Origin: the human T2T-CHM13v2.0 reference genome, Homo sapiens
Reading direction: 5' to 3' (one strand)
Assembly (NCBI RefSeq): GCF_009914755.1
Contig: NC_060932.1
Length of the DNA: 64,000 bases
In this document: piece by piece, positions 13,045 to 25,799 of the stretch
Position numbering within the stretch: position 1 is the first letter of the stretch
Layout: the number at the start of each line of letters is the position of its first letter
Notes under the pieces: model-generated
Seen by the model: the letters and a program-made list of their open reading frames with translations, nothing else
Database searches by the model: none
Told to the model about the DNA's origin: nothing
Position numbers and translations under genes: made by a program

Positions 13045-13372
13045 GGCTGGGTGCAGTGGCTCATGCCTGTAATCTCAGCAGCTCACACTTGTAATCCCAG
13101 CACTTTACGGGGGCAAGACAGGCAGACTGCTTGAGCCCAGGAGTTCTAGACCAGCCTGGGCAACATGGCGAAACCTGCCTCTACAAAAGACGCCAAAATT
13201 AGCCAGGCATGGTGGCATGCACCTGTAGTCCCAGCTACTGAGGAGGCTAAGGTGGGAGGATTGCTTGAGCTCAGGAGGTCGAGGCCACAGTGAACCAAGA
13301 TCATACCACTGTACTCCAGCCTTGTCAACAGAGTACAGGCCCTGTCTCAAAACAAGACAAACAAAACAAAAC
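13045..13372 (+). mobile_element. AluJ-like element with duplicated 5' segment
   Basis: ttgagcccaggagttctagaccagcctgggcaacatgg; ggtgggaggattgcttgagc; (AAAAC)-type tail. Confidence 0.92.
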
Positions 13373-16054
13373 ATAAGAAGCCGGGATCCAAGAAATGAAG
13401 AGCCAGGAGTGGCCTGGCCCCAGTGACCGGGAGGGCCTGCAAAACCACCATGTAGAGTGGCCTTCCAAGGGCTGTGCTGCGGGGGGCAGGGTGTCCCTCC
13501 AGTAGCCCCCTCCATCTAAGTCTGAGTGCTACGGGGTGTTGTGGGAGGCAATCCGAGAGCCTCTCCCCACCAACTCTCCAATTTCAGCAGAAGCAGGAGA
13601 GAAGGGCCCAACCTCAGGACCACATGAATTTCCCTTTGTGTGAGGAGAGAGGGTATGGGGAAAGACAATTTTATCACAGCAAATTACAAAGTGAAGAAAC
13701 ATGGATTCAGAAAAGTTATCTTTAAGACAATGATGACCATGTTTGAAGAGGCTTTTAGGGAAACACTTTCGGAGGCTTTGTAAGAAATGGACCAGGGAGG
13801 CCTTCTTCACTGTCTGGAGTCTCCTGGCAGATTCCCCCGTCGCCAACACAGGCATAAGCTGGCTCAAGAGCTGTCTGCACGATGGAGATCATGCTGTTGC
13901 ATCCTCGTACCTGTACCTCCACCACATCGCTAGTTCCTTCTGCCGGCCCTCAAAGCCCTTGCATGCCCTGCACATTGCCTGTCACATGGGAGGCTCTGGA
14001 TAAATATTCGTCCAAGGCCACAGAATAGAACAGCATGCCTTTATGAATCTCATTCGTAATAGAAGTTTCCTCCTGGACCCTAACACTCCTACATGTCCAG
14101 CTCCATCTGGGTCCTTTCTACATCTATCCCAGTTGCTCAAAGACCACGAGGGTGCCCATAGGTGGAGAGTATGGTTGGATGCTCTGTGTTCTTTGAAGTA
14201 GTCATTCATCTGCTTGCTTCATTTCTGACCATCTTGTCTATAAGTTTTACTTATTCTTTGTTTCCTCTCTTTACCACCACACTATGCTGAATGCATATGT
14301 GGGAAAGACAGTATAATTTTGGTCTCAACAGCCATAGAAAAATTAGAGAGAATAGGAGGTACCACCCACTTCCTCTTTTTCCTCTGGAGAGGGAGAAAGG
14401 AGGGCTCTGAGTCCTAGAAACTGTGCTCCTTTGCCACAGGGCAGGCTTAAAAGACTTTTGTTTCTTAAAGTGTGTGATCTTGGAGACAAAGAAGTAGGTT
14501 TTCTGGAAAGAGGATGGTCCTGGGGCTTGGGATTGGACAGCAGAGGGACACAGCCAGACACTGGAGAGGGCGGGAAAGATTTACAAGACTGAGACGGGAC
14601 AGAGATGGAGGGATCTTGAAAGTAGCAAGGATCCACTTCCTGCTCCCTTGCCTGACCCCTGGGAGGTGCTGGGACTCTGGGAACACCTCTCTGGGATGCA
14701 TCTAGGTGCATCAACCCTATCCTATGCAAAAGGACCTTGGTCATAGCAAAGGCCCTCTGTGCCATCTTGCAGAGAGGCAGCTAAGCATCAAGGGACTAGG
14801 TGGGCTACAAAATTGGACATGTCCGTGAGGACTGAACACCAGAAGGTGCCCAGCAAATATCCTGTGCTTTTAAGATACTATGACCAAAACTCAAGGAAGG
14901 CATAGAGTGGGGAAAAAGGGTCCCCATTTTGACTAAGATAGAATTTTTCATTGGCCTGGTAGAATGCGGGCTGGGAATAAATTAAATTAGAATCAGAGAA
15001 GGAAAAATCCTTACCTTATATCTCATGTTGTAGAGTAAAATTCATACCCATTAAATCTAGTTAAAGTCTGCCCCACCACAACCTACACGTGGCTTACACT
15101 TTTTGGTTAAGTCCCCACACACCCCCAGCCTCATCTGCGTTGAGTCTGACCTCAGGAAATGCCCACCCTGTGCTGACCTCCCCAGCAGCCCTGAACAGCC
15201 TCAGCAGGCTGATCCCAGACATTCCAAGCCAGATCTCCCTGTAAAATGCATAAGCCGACATTAGTTAGATGTTAACATCTCATGGGTTAACCCATTACTG
15301 TGCTGTGGCTTTACAATGTCAGAGTCTTGAAGCTTTGCCAGGAATGCTATCCAGCCTTCTCAGGGCCTCTGCTCTGAGCTGGCCCTGACTGTTCAAAAAC
15401 ACCTTCCCATTTCAGTCCGTTTCTGCCTCAAAATTGCAAACTGCAGCCCTCAGAAGTGTTCGGTTTTGTCCCCATATTTGTCCTCTGTAAGGATTGAATC
15501 TGATACGTGATTATAAAGTAATGAGACTGACTTTTCAACAAATCACAGGCCTTATGCATTGAGATGAATGCTGGCCTTCAAAGATGTCACCTTGGGAGGC
15601 TGGACACACACTTACTGCAAGGAAGCCATCATGCCAGATGCCATAGCTGGAATTTCTCTATGGAAATTGCCTGCAGGGACAATTAGCCAATTACAGAAGG
15701 AAACAGAGAATCAGTTGCACCCCTGGGCAGTAGCCATCACTCTCTAGTGGGGTTCACTGTTCACATGTCAGCCTCCCCGTAGTCTGTGTTCCCTTCCAGA
15801 GCATGCCTTATGCATCTTTCATACCCCAGGCAGTGCACAAAGCCTAGGCATACAGGAGGCATGTCATAAATCCTTGGCAAATAAACAATGGGCTCCTCAT
15901 GGCTCAGTGCTTTCTTCCTTCCCCCTTCCTTCATCTCTCCTATTAGACACTTAATTATCTATATCTTTCTCCCTTTCTTGGAGCTTGAGTTATATCAAAA
16001 ACTACCAAGGGAAGAAGCTAGAACTGACCACAGGGCATGGAGAGACTGAGGCTG

Positions 16055-16420
16055 TGTATCCATCAAGATGGGCTGGGTTATGCTGTGGTAAACAAAGAAC
16101 TCAACGTCTCAATAGCCTAAGACTGTAAAGGTTAATTGCTAAATCTTGATACAGGTGTGAAGTGTGGAGATAAGGATGAGAGGCTCTGTTTCATGCGATC
16201 ATCGCTCATTCCTTACCCAGGCCAGAAGAAACTACAATCTCAACAGAGATCTCTGGGCTCACATAGTATGGGAGGAATGGAGAAACAAGAGGTATTCACT
16301 CCAGCAACTAAATTCTCTATCTGAAAAAAACATAAGCTCTTTACCCATAACCCACAGGCCATAGCTAGCGTGGCAGGAAAGGGGGCAGGAAAGTAATTGT
16401 AATCCTCCCTTAATCGTGGA
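16055..16420 (-). mobile_element. Old MLT1 LTR remnant (MLT1J/K-like)
   Basis: tgtatccatcaagatgggctgggttatgctgtggtaaacaaa resembles the antisense 3' terminus of old MLT1 LTRs; highly diverged. Confidence 0.5.
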
Positions 16421-16519
16421 AGAAGAGGAGAACAAGATCAAAATAGAAGTAAGTGTTAGAATTACCTATTACAAACCATGTCTGGAAGCCAGCAAGAACA
16501 GATCAATGAAGACATCAAG

Positions 16520-17030
16520 GGTGGTAGATGGTCCCATTAATGGCCCCTCAATGGATCCTGCCCCTCAGATTGCATTCCCTTGTTTAATCCACTCTCACAT
16601 CAACTTTGAGCTCAGCCATGTGGCTTTCGTTGGCCAACGGGACACCAGCAGATGTGATGCAAGCCAGAGATTTCTAAATGCTTGCACACTGAGGTTTGCC
16701 CTCTTGGAACACTGCCACCACAGTGTAAAAAGCCCAGGCTTTCTGCTAGAGAGGCCACATGGAAAAGAACAGAAGCACCTCAGTTGCTAGCCCCAGCCAA
16801 CTGGAATGAATGTGAGTGAGGCCATCTTGATCAGTCGGCTCCCAGATGAACTGACTGCTGACCGCAAGCATATGACTGAGCCCAGCCAACATCATGTGGA
16901 ACAGAGATAAGCCATCCAAGCTAAGCCTGCCCAAATTACTGAACCACAGAAGAGTGAGCAAATAAATGGTTCTTGTTTGAAACCACAAAAATTTGGAGTG
17001 ATTTGTTGCACAGCAGTAGATAACTGCTAA
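16520..17030 (+). mobile_element. MLT1 LTR (MLT1G/H-like), 5' LTR of a provirus-like element
   Basis: gagaggccacatgga...atgtgagtgaggccatcttga...aataaatggttcttgtttgaaaccac...ttgttgcacagcagtagataact. Confidence 0.8.
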
Positions 17031-18450
17031 AGCAATTTGTATCTAGTAGAGGGGTACCACCATAACAAAAACCTAAAACATGTGGCATTGGCTCTGGGAC
17101 AACACAGCAGATAGGAGCTGGGAAGTCACTGAGTAGGTTGTTACTGAAGGCTGGAAAAATGGTGAACAATCTTTCAGTATGCTAGAAAGGAAGTGAGGAA
17201 ATTGTTATTAGAGGCTGGAAAAGGGGCAACCCATGTTACGTAGCAGCAGAATAATTGCCAATAATGTTGTCTGCAGTAACTTGAAAGACAAACAGTACTT
17301 AATGAACGTCTTGATTTAGTTAAGAAGATCTCTAGGCAAAATGTTAAAAGCATCAGTTAGATGCTTTCAGCTGTGTATGATAAGGTACTGGCAGAGAGGG
17401 ATGAGCTAAAGAACCAGCTCTTTAGTTTTCAAGACTGTTCTAGAAGAAATATAAAAGGCCAAAAATTTACTGGTTTATAAAAATTAAACTAGTTCTGATT
17501 TCCAGTATTTTCGGTCAGGCAAAGGCTCTCAGATAAGAAATAACCTCAGCAGAAAGATCAAATCAAGTGTGCACTTATAAGACCCTTTGGTGAACCTCTG
17601 AAAGGCAGTGACTAGGAGACCCTCTCTGCTGGACAAAGGGGTTTCCGACAGTCTTAAATATATTGTCCCACAATAGATTAGCACACCCAAAGAGAAAAGT
17701 CTGTCTCAAAAATAATTATGGATAGAGCTACTGGGGCCATGGGGTGAACCCCAATAAGATTCATAGGAAACACAAAATTTTTAAGAGCCTTTAATCAGTG
17801 AAAGTACTACAAGTTGGACTAAAAGTGAAAGAAGTAACTCAAATAGAAGATAAGCCTCTGAGACTCCACTTTCTATGGGTAAGAATCCGGCTGGGAAAGC
17901 TACTTAGCTACCAACACAGATAATTTCCTATGGGACAAAAAATAAATAAATGCATCTTAGAGGATAGAACCAAGAGTCTAGGGAGAAGATCCAAGAGCTA
18001 CAGAAAACAAGGGCCTAGGTATCCCTCTCAGGGAGCAGAACTAGACTCTCATCAAGGAACATTCTCTGACCCTTGTAAGGGAAGCCAACATCAACATGTA
18101 ATCAGATAGACTTCATCATTGCTGTAGACCAGCAACTGCTTTGTTGCTCCTGGTCTCTCCATTTTAAATAGGACTGGCTCTTGGGTCTATCCAGTTCCTA
18201 AACCACTGCTGAGTTTTAGGGGTGTTGAGACAGAATGCTTGTCATTTAAATTCAAAGTCTCTGAATCAAGAGAAGCTGCACTTGGGGAGCCACACTGAGA
18301 GGTCTTATCTATATCTGAACCTGATGCAGATCATGAGATAATACACTTCAAGCTTCATGCCATAATGAGATGAAACTTTTGGGGGTCTTGGGAAAAGTGA
18401 ATGTATTTTGCACATGACAGGGAGAGATTTGCTGAGGCTAGAGGATAGAC
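17031..18450 (+). mobile_element. MLT1 internal sequence (MLT1-int), degenerate
   Basis: Starts ...ccataacaaaaacctaaaacatgtggcattggctctggga; ends aagtgaatgtattttgcacatg...gaggatagac directly before the second LTR. Confidence 0.75.
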
Positions 18451-19155
18451 TGTGGTACGCTGTTTCTAAAGATGGCCCATTTCTTCCATCCATGTTGCAC
18501 ATCCCTTTCTATGTGACTTTGAAGTTCCTCCCACTGAGAGCTGAGGCTCACTTCTTCACCCCTTTAATCTCAGATGACATTGTGACTTGCTTTGGGCAGT
18601 CAAATGTAACAAAAGTTATATGTAACTTCTGAACCCAGGCCATAAAAGGCCTAACAGCTGCCACTCTCATCTTGGAAAGCGGCCTCACCGTGTAAAAGAA
18701 AAACAGATTATTCTGCTAAAAAAGGAGAAACCATGTGGAGAAGAACCAGACACCCAGACACCCCAGACAGAACATCACTTCTGTTCTTCTCCATGTGGCC
18801 TCTCTAGTAGAAAGCCTGGGCTTTCTACAGTGTGGTGGCAGTGTTCCAAGAGGGCAAATCTCAGTGTGCAAGCATTTATAAATCTCTGGCTTGCATCATA
18901 TTACATCACTCTTACCTAAAAGCCTTAGGTAAGAATGTGTAAGTGAGGCCAGACAAGCGAGTGAATCCAACCTGGGTCATCCAGCTGAGCTGCCAGATCA
19001 CTGCAACCATAAAAGTGGGCCCCAGAAAAACCAGCAGAAGAACCAGCCAGCTAAGCCCAGTCAACCTTTCTGAAACTGTGAGGAAATAAATGATTATTGT
19101 TTCAAACCATTAATTTTTTGACATGGTTTGTTATGTATCAAGAAACAGACTAATA
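18451..19155 (+). mobile_element. MLT1 3' LTR carrying a complex internal insertion (~18747-18935)
   Basis: tgtggtacgctgtttctaaagatggccc...ccagctaagcccagtcaacc...aaataaatgattattgtttcaaacca...ttgttatgtatca. Confidence 0.75.
18778..18898 (-). repeat. Inverted duplicate of 16655-16775
   Basis: Manual alignment: 115/121 identical, no gaps. Confidence 0.97.
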
Positions 19156-19195
19156 GTTCACTTAGCATCTTGTGCTATACCAAAGCCAACAATTT

Positions 19196-19498
<303 letters not shown>

Positions 19499-19519
19499 TC
19501 ATAAACACTTATAAATGCA

Positions 19520-19715
19520 CAGTCTCATCTGATTTCCTCCTTAGTGTGTGTGGTAGATGTTGCTATTATCTCCATCTATAGATACAGCATCTATAGAGAT
19601 GCTATTATCTCCATCTATAGAAATAGAGGCTTAGAGAGGTTAAGTAACTATTCAGGACCACACAGCCTATAAGTGAACCAGGATGCAAATTTTCCAACCC
19701 CAAAAGCCAAGGTAC
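19520..19715 (-). mobile_element. MIR fragment with internal duplication
   Basis: ctattatctccat...gaggcttagagaggttaagtaact...gaccacacagc. Confidence 0.7.
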
Positions 19716-20029
19716 TATTTGTCTTTTAAATTCAAAGTCTCTAGATTAAGTGGAGATGCATCTGAGGAGTTATATTTGGGGAGTTTCATCTGCTGCTGAA
19801 ACTGATGCAGATTGTGAGGTAATGAACCTCAAGTCTAATACTATAATGAGATATAATGTTTTTTGTCATGCCATTGGTGACTTTTAGATGCTACAGTTAG
19901 ATAACATTAATGTAGTCTGGAATGCAAAACACTAGAACTTGAAGACTTTGCAAACAGAAGCTTTTCTGTGTGTAGGTAGACTAGTACAGGATGCAAAATA
20001 GACAGACTTTAATAAGAGCAGCAAGCACA

Positions 20030-20402
20030 CCTCTACCTTCAGGCCTTTTAACTTGCTCTTTTTTCTGCATGGACCATTCTCAAAGGTATCTCTGAAACTT
20101 GCTCCTTTAACTCCTTAAAGTCTCTGTTCTACATTGCCTTGTCTACAAGGCCTTCTCTAGCTGTCTCTGCCCCAGCCCATGCACAACCTATTCCTTTTCC
20201 TGCTTTGCTTTGCTCCATGGCACTTACCACCCTCTGACATGTTATTTGTTTTATTGGTTTATTTGTTAATCAATAGGATGTAAGCTCCATGAGGACAGGG
20301 ATTTTTTATCTGTCTTGTTTAATAGTGCATCTCCAGTGCCTAGAGCAGTTCCTGACACGTGGTAGGTAACCCATATGCATGTGTTGAGTGAAGGAATAAA
20401 TA
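20030..20402 (+). mobile_element. L2 3' end (L2a-like)
   Basis: gatgtaagctccatgaggacaggg...tctccagtgcctagagcagttcctgacacgtggtagg...tgttgagtgaaggaataaat. Confidence 0.85.
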
Positions 20403-21159
20403 GAACCTGGTTTTTCACAGCTTAGCAGTAACATCTTAAAGATACTTGAATTATAGAAGCCTATGTCTAAAAACTTTTATCTCCCTGGCTCTGTGGAACT
20501 ATGTTTTGCGAGCCTCTGGTCAAAACAACCTCTCTTCACCCTCTGACTTCTGAAGGAAACTGCTCCCTGTCTTTGGCTTCTAACAAATGGGGCTCTTTAG
20601 TCCTGTTGCCCCCAATATCCTGAGCTCTGGACACCAGAATTTCAAGGCACTCATTTTTCTCTGTCTTTCTTTCCTGCTTTTCTGTATTTTCATCTGGCCT
20701 TGGCCACTGCCCCAGCTCTTATCTAACATGAGCTCCTGGCTGCACAAAGAAAGATGCAGGCAATGAGGTGATGAATAAGAAAAGGGGAAAACTTCTTTGC
20801 AAATTCCAAACAATGAACATCGAGAAATAAGCATTTCTGGGTGCTTTCCTCCCATGGCACAAATGGAGCTCCTGAGAAAAGAGGTGTGGACTCTTGGACA
20901 AACTCTGCCACATGTACTTGTTTCTTCCCTGTACCTTTGTTTATGTTGCACACACACATGCATGTCTACATGCACAGACACACATATGCATGCATACATG
21001 CATGCACACACGCACACCCCTACCTGAAATGCCAACCTGTAATGCCAGATCAACCCCATATCTCAAGACACATGTCTTCCTTGCTGCTTATTCTCATCAC
21101 ACCACCTAATATTACTTTTTCTTCCTTGAAATCTCTAACATTTATAGTCTATAACAATC

Positions 21160-21715
21160 TCTATCACTGAGGGTCCCAGCAGGAAACAGATGGCAACTCA
21201 GCAGGGTATTTGAAGAGATGCTTTATGGAAGGTCTGTTTACAGAGGATGGAGCAAGAGTTAAAGTGACTGGGTTATTCTGGGTGCTCTGGGAGGAAGATG
21301 CCAAGACACCATTAAACATGCAAGGGTTTTTTTTAGGGGAAATGCCTGTGACAGAAAATGGGGAGGGGCCCAGGGAAAGCTGTAAGAACAGTCAGACCAT
21401 GATGCAAGTCTGACCTTGAAGGAAGGACAGAGGAATAGAAGGTTAGTTGGAAGCATCCTAAAGAATGATGCAATCTAAGGCAAGTTCAGGAGTCCTCAAG
21501 CCAACACTGGTCACCAGAGGAGTCCCTTGCCTCCCAAGAATGCATCTTCCTTAGTGTACCTGCCACATTCATTCTTTAGCTGAAAGCAGCCCATGGGAAA
21601 TGTAGCCTTTGTGAAAATGGGATGCTGGATCTCAGAGACACATTAGCTTCCTTTCTTGTTTATTTATGTGCCCTATAGTTAGAATTCCCCAAGGCACATT
21701 CTCATGGCTGCTACA
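21160..21715 (-). mobile_element. ERVL-class LTR sequence(s) (LTR16/LTR33-like)
   Basis: agggtcccagcaggaaacagatggc at one end and ...cacattctcatggctgctaca at the other, abutting ERVL internal sequence. Confidence 0.55.
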
Positions 21716-23900
21716 GTCCACCGCTTGCACTGAGCAAACCTTCTCCACACAGATTTGGGCAGCAGCTGGTTTCATAATTTCATGAGTCCAGTAGGCCTTT
21801 CTTCCTAAGTAAGAACCAGGAGAGGGAGGTTAGTAGGATGAACTATTGCCCCCTCTTTGCAATTGACCTTAGGGCCATAACTAATGCCATTCTCCCCTTT
21901 CCCCACTGTCCCTTTTAAAGTTTCCTCAACCTCAGCTATCTTGGTGGTTTACCTGGATTCCACATGTATTCTTTCCTGTTCCTATTGTGTAAAAGCAGAT
22001 CTGATTCTTCCTGCTAATCAAGGACACTGCCCCTGCTAGGATCATGACTCCTCCTATGATGGTAAGTGGAGCCACTCCTGCCTCTACAGGTTTGTTCTGG
22101 GGCCCTTGCTTCCTTCTTATGGAAGACATAGTACCATAAATGCCAATGGTTTAACAAATGGACTGCATCATGAATAATGATATCTCATTCCTTCAGAATG
22201 TTTCCTTTCAGCTGGGGCTTCAACTGTGCCTCTGGAGGGCTGTCCCAGTGTTGCAAGAGCATGGCTGCCTATGAGCAGGAGTCTGTGATAAAACCATTGG
22301 TTCCCTAGTTATGGTCCCACATTATATGAGACCTACATTCCCTAGTTATGGTCCTCACACCTCATTCAAGGTGACATGGATCCTCTGGTCAGATGCTGTG
22401 CTGTTATGAGATTCCATGCCTATGAATCACGCATTCTGAAAGCCCCCAGATAAAAATGCTGACTGAGATTTTGTGGGCAGGAAAGGCAAACCCAGCCCCA
22501 GAAAAGATATCTCTCCCTGGAGAAGGATTCACTGGCTCTTCCAGAATGGAAGGGAACCAGTGTAGTCAACTTCTCACTAAGTAGCCAATTGGTTTCCTTG
22601 AGAAATAGTGCCTGGTTGAATTGGACTCTGGCTAACAATGTGGACCTTCAGAAGCAGCAGTGGCGAGATAAGCCTTGGTAAGTGGAAGTCCATGCTGTTA
22701 AGTTCACACATATCTTCCTCTCTAATGCTGTAGCCACTCCACTCATGAGTCCATCGTGTCAATGTGGGGTGGCTGATTATGAAGGCAGGCTGCAAGGAAC
22801 TGAACATCTCTGCACCCCCATCCCCTCCAAAATTCTTGTTTAAATCCTAACGTCCAAGGTGAGGATATCAGAAGGTGGGGTCTTTGGGGGATAATTAGTT
22901 CATGAAGGTGGACCCCTTATGAATAGTTTAGTGCTTTTATAAAAGAAGCCCCAGACAGTTCATTCTCCTCTTCTACTCTTCTACCATGTAAGAACACAGC
23001 AAGATGGCACCATCTATGAACCAGGAAGTTGATCTTTATCAGACATGGAATCTGCTGGTTCCCAGGGCTAGGACTTCACAGCCCCCAGAACTGTGAGAAA
23101 TAAATTCCTGTTGTTTATAAGCCACCCAGTTCATGGTATTTTATTATAGCAGCCTCAACAGACTAAAACATTGGCCAAGGTTAACAGGTCAAGTCCTTTT
23201 GTCTACTCAGTTACCCAGTTGATAGCAGATACTTCATGGTGAACATATGATTCAAAAATCCTTATACTTGGTACCCATTCCCATATGTCTATCACATGCT
23301 TCTACCCATGTTGCCTTGCCTCTAGTCCTTTCCTTTTCTGACCCCTAACCAGGTAATTGACCACTTTCCTTTCCATACAAAGTAGATGACCAGGTGCACT
23401 GCTCAAAACTTCACCCACTGGGAAGATTTTCCCTCCCTACTGCCTTTTGGGGTCACCCTGAATGTGGGGGAAATGCAGCCACTGCCCATTTTTGGCTTGC
23501 ACCCATGTAGAGTTGATCCACCTATAAACCAAGAGTAAACTATATTGCCTTGTCTTCCAGCTGATCATACAGGATTCCTCTCTATGGCCACAGGCAAAAG
23601 CTGGGAAAGTCCAACTGTGGTGGGTGACCAGGAGGTCTAGCAGGTTAGTCATACCCTCAGGTCCTACTCAAGCTCAACACCACATGTAATATTTCCACAC
23701 CACAATAGATGGCTACTGGGCCTGTCTGACTTTATAACTTGGTAGCTGTGACAGAGCCCAGCTCATAACAGGCAGTTCTGGATGCATTGTCACTTGGTGT
23801 CCATCCATGTTTTCACTAGCATCCAGTAACATGCCAAGACCTATTTCTCAAAGGATGCATGATTCTCTACTGCAGATGGCATGACATGGGTCCACGGTCT
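21716..23900 (-). mobile_element. ERVL internal remnant (pol: RNase H-integrase), many frameshifts and stops
   Basis: Minus-strand peptides RWTHEWSG, PGTISQGNQLAT, VDYTGSLPFWK, ASDQR and GKSSQW...AVHLVIYFVWKGKW resemble ERVL Pol (QWAHEQSG, YGTIPRGDQPAT, VDYIGPLPSWK, ASDQG, GKSSQWAELRAVHLV). Confidence 0.85.
22791..23170 (+). mobile_element. MLT1A-like solo LTR nested in ERVL pol
   Basis: ccctccaaaattc...ttttataaaagaagcccca...ccagaactgtgagaaataaatt...ttattatagcagcc...gactaaaaca. Confidence 0.88.
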
Positions 23901-24039
23901 CAAGGGCCTATGCTGTGGTTCTCCCGCCAGGGCTTCCCCACCTACATTTTCACCTTTTCCTCCTCCAAACCATTACTCCCTGTCCCCTTTCATCTTTTTA
24001 TTTTAATCTCAAGACTCTATTCATTGACCTATTTAACAT

Positions 24040-24468
24040 TGTATTCATTTTCTAGGGCTTCCATAACAAAGTACGAAGTGACTTAATTAAACAACCAAAA
24101 TTTCTTGTCTCACAGTTCTGAAGGCTGGAATCAAAATCAAGGTGTGGACAGGGTTGGTTTTTCTGAGGACTATGCAGGAGAATCGGCTCCATGCTTCGTC
24201 TTAACTTCTGCTGGCATGCTGGCAATCTTGATGTTCATCGTCTTGCAGAAGCACTCCCTCAACTACTGCATGAAACTTCACATGGCCTTCTCCCTTTTTA
24301 GAGGGACGCCAGCCACATTCGGTTAGAGGGCCACCCTATTCCAGTATGGTCTCATCATAACTAATTACATCTGCAACAATCCTGTTTCCAAATAAGGTCA
24401 CATTCTGAGGCCACGGGGGTTAGGATGGCAACCTATAAGTTTGAGGAGATGCAATGTAACCCATAAAA
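24040..24468 (-). mobile_element. MLT1C-like solo LTR
   Basis: tgtattcattttctagggcttccataacaaagtac...ctaattacatctgcaacaatcctgtttccaaataaggtcacattctgagg. Confidence 0.85.
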
Positions 24469-24848
24469 AGCAACTTGATGTTCTCTCATCATTGAGCACC
24501 TCCCTCTGATGCTTCCTTTGCCCTGGGATGGAGACAACTGCCTCCCAGATCAGCCAGACATTGCTTTTCTTCAAATGGGGAGCTCTCAGTTGGACTGGTG
24601 ATGAGCAGGAAGCCTCAGGGGCAATGGCCTTCAGAGCCCAGGCCAGGAACTTGGCTCACCACAGGCCTTGCCCTATCCCGACCCTCTCCATCCCAGGAGA
24701 GTGGAGTGCCCTGAAGCCTCCCACACTGCTGGGCCTCAGCACAGCCAATTCTCCACTGAGGCCCTTCTCCACGCTTGACCTTGTCACTCCACATTTCAAT
24801 GTCTTCTTGCCAGACATGGTGTGAAAAGATGCTTTTTAAAAGAAACTG

Positions 24849-24990
24849 GGCTGAGTGCAGTGGCTCATGCATGTAATTCCAGCACTTTGGGAGGCCAAGG
24901 CCAGGAGTTCAAGGCAGTGCAGTGAGCTATAATTGTGCCATTGTACTCCAGACTGGGTGAGAGAGCAAGATCTTGTCTCAAAAAAATTAA
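24849..24990 (+). mobile_element. Alu monomer or internally deleted Alu (FLAM-like)
   Basis: ggctgagtgcagtggctcatgc...aggagttcaaggcagtgcagtgagctat...tctcaaaaaaa; about 140 bp. Confidence 0.85.
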
Positions 24991-25006
24991 ATTAAATAAC
25001 TGAAAC

Positions 25007-25799
25007 TGTGTTATAGACTAAGTGTTTGTGTCTCCCCCACCCCCATCTCCCCTGAATAACCCAAATGCAGTTGTTGAAATCCTAAATCCCCAGTGTGATG
25101 GTTTTAGGAGATGGGGCCTCTGGGAGGTGATTAGGGCCTGAGGGTGCAGCTCTCATGATAAGATTGGTGCCCTTATAAGAAGAAATTCTCTTTTCCTAAG
25201 TACTTATCAATGATAGAATGAATAAAGAAAGTGTGAGGTACATATACACCATGGAATACTCTGCAGCCATAAAAGAGAACGAGATCATGTCCTTTGCTGG
25301 GACATGAATGGAGCTGGAGGCCATTATCCTTAGCAAACTAACTCAGGAAAAGAAAACCAAATGCTGCACGTACTCACTTATAAGTGGAAGCTAAATGAGG
25401 GGTGGGAGGAGGGAGAGGATCAGGAAAAATAATTAATGAGTACCAGGCTCAATACCTGGGTGATGAAATAATGTGTACAACAAACCCCCAAGACACAAGT
25501 CTATTTATGTAACAAACCTGCACACGTATCCCCGAACTTCAAATAAAAGTTAAAAACAAGAGAAGAAGAAACCTGAGAGAACTCACTTCCGGTCTCCTGT
25601 CCCTCTGTGCTCCACCATGTTAAGATACAATGAGAAGACACCTTTCTGAAAACTAGAAAGCGGCCTTCCCCAGACACTGGATCTGCAGGCAACTTGATCT
25701 TGGACTTCCCAGCTTCCAGAACCGTGAGAAATAGACATATGTTGTTTAAGCCAGTCAGTCTATGATAATTTGTTATGGTAGCCTGAGCTGACTGAAACA
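25007..25799 (+). mobile_element. MLT1A/B-like LTR interrupted by an L1
   Basis: tgttatagactaagtgtttgtgtc...gcccttataagaagaaa | ...gaaccgtgagaaata...tttgttatggtagcctgagctgactgaaaca. Confidence 0.85.
25200..25558 (+). mobile_element. 5'-truncated L1 3' end (older L1PA, about PA13-16-like)
   Basis: catatacaccatggaatact...ggaggccattatccttagcaaactaac...gagaggatcaggaaaaataa...gtaacaaacctgcac; TSD aagaagaaa. Confidence 0.9.

Noticed and set aside
14330-15060. Possible very old LTR-like sequence
   Set aside because: Could not identify termini, TSD or family by eye.
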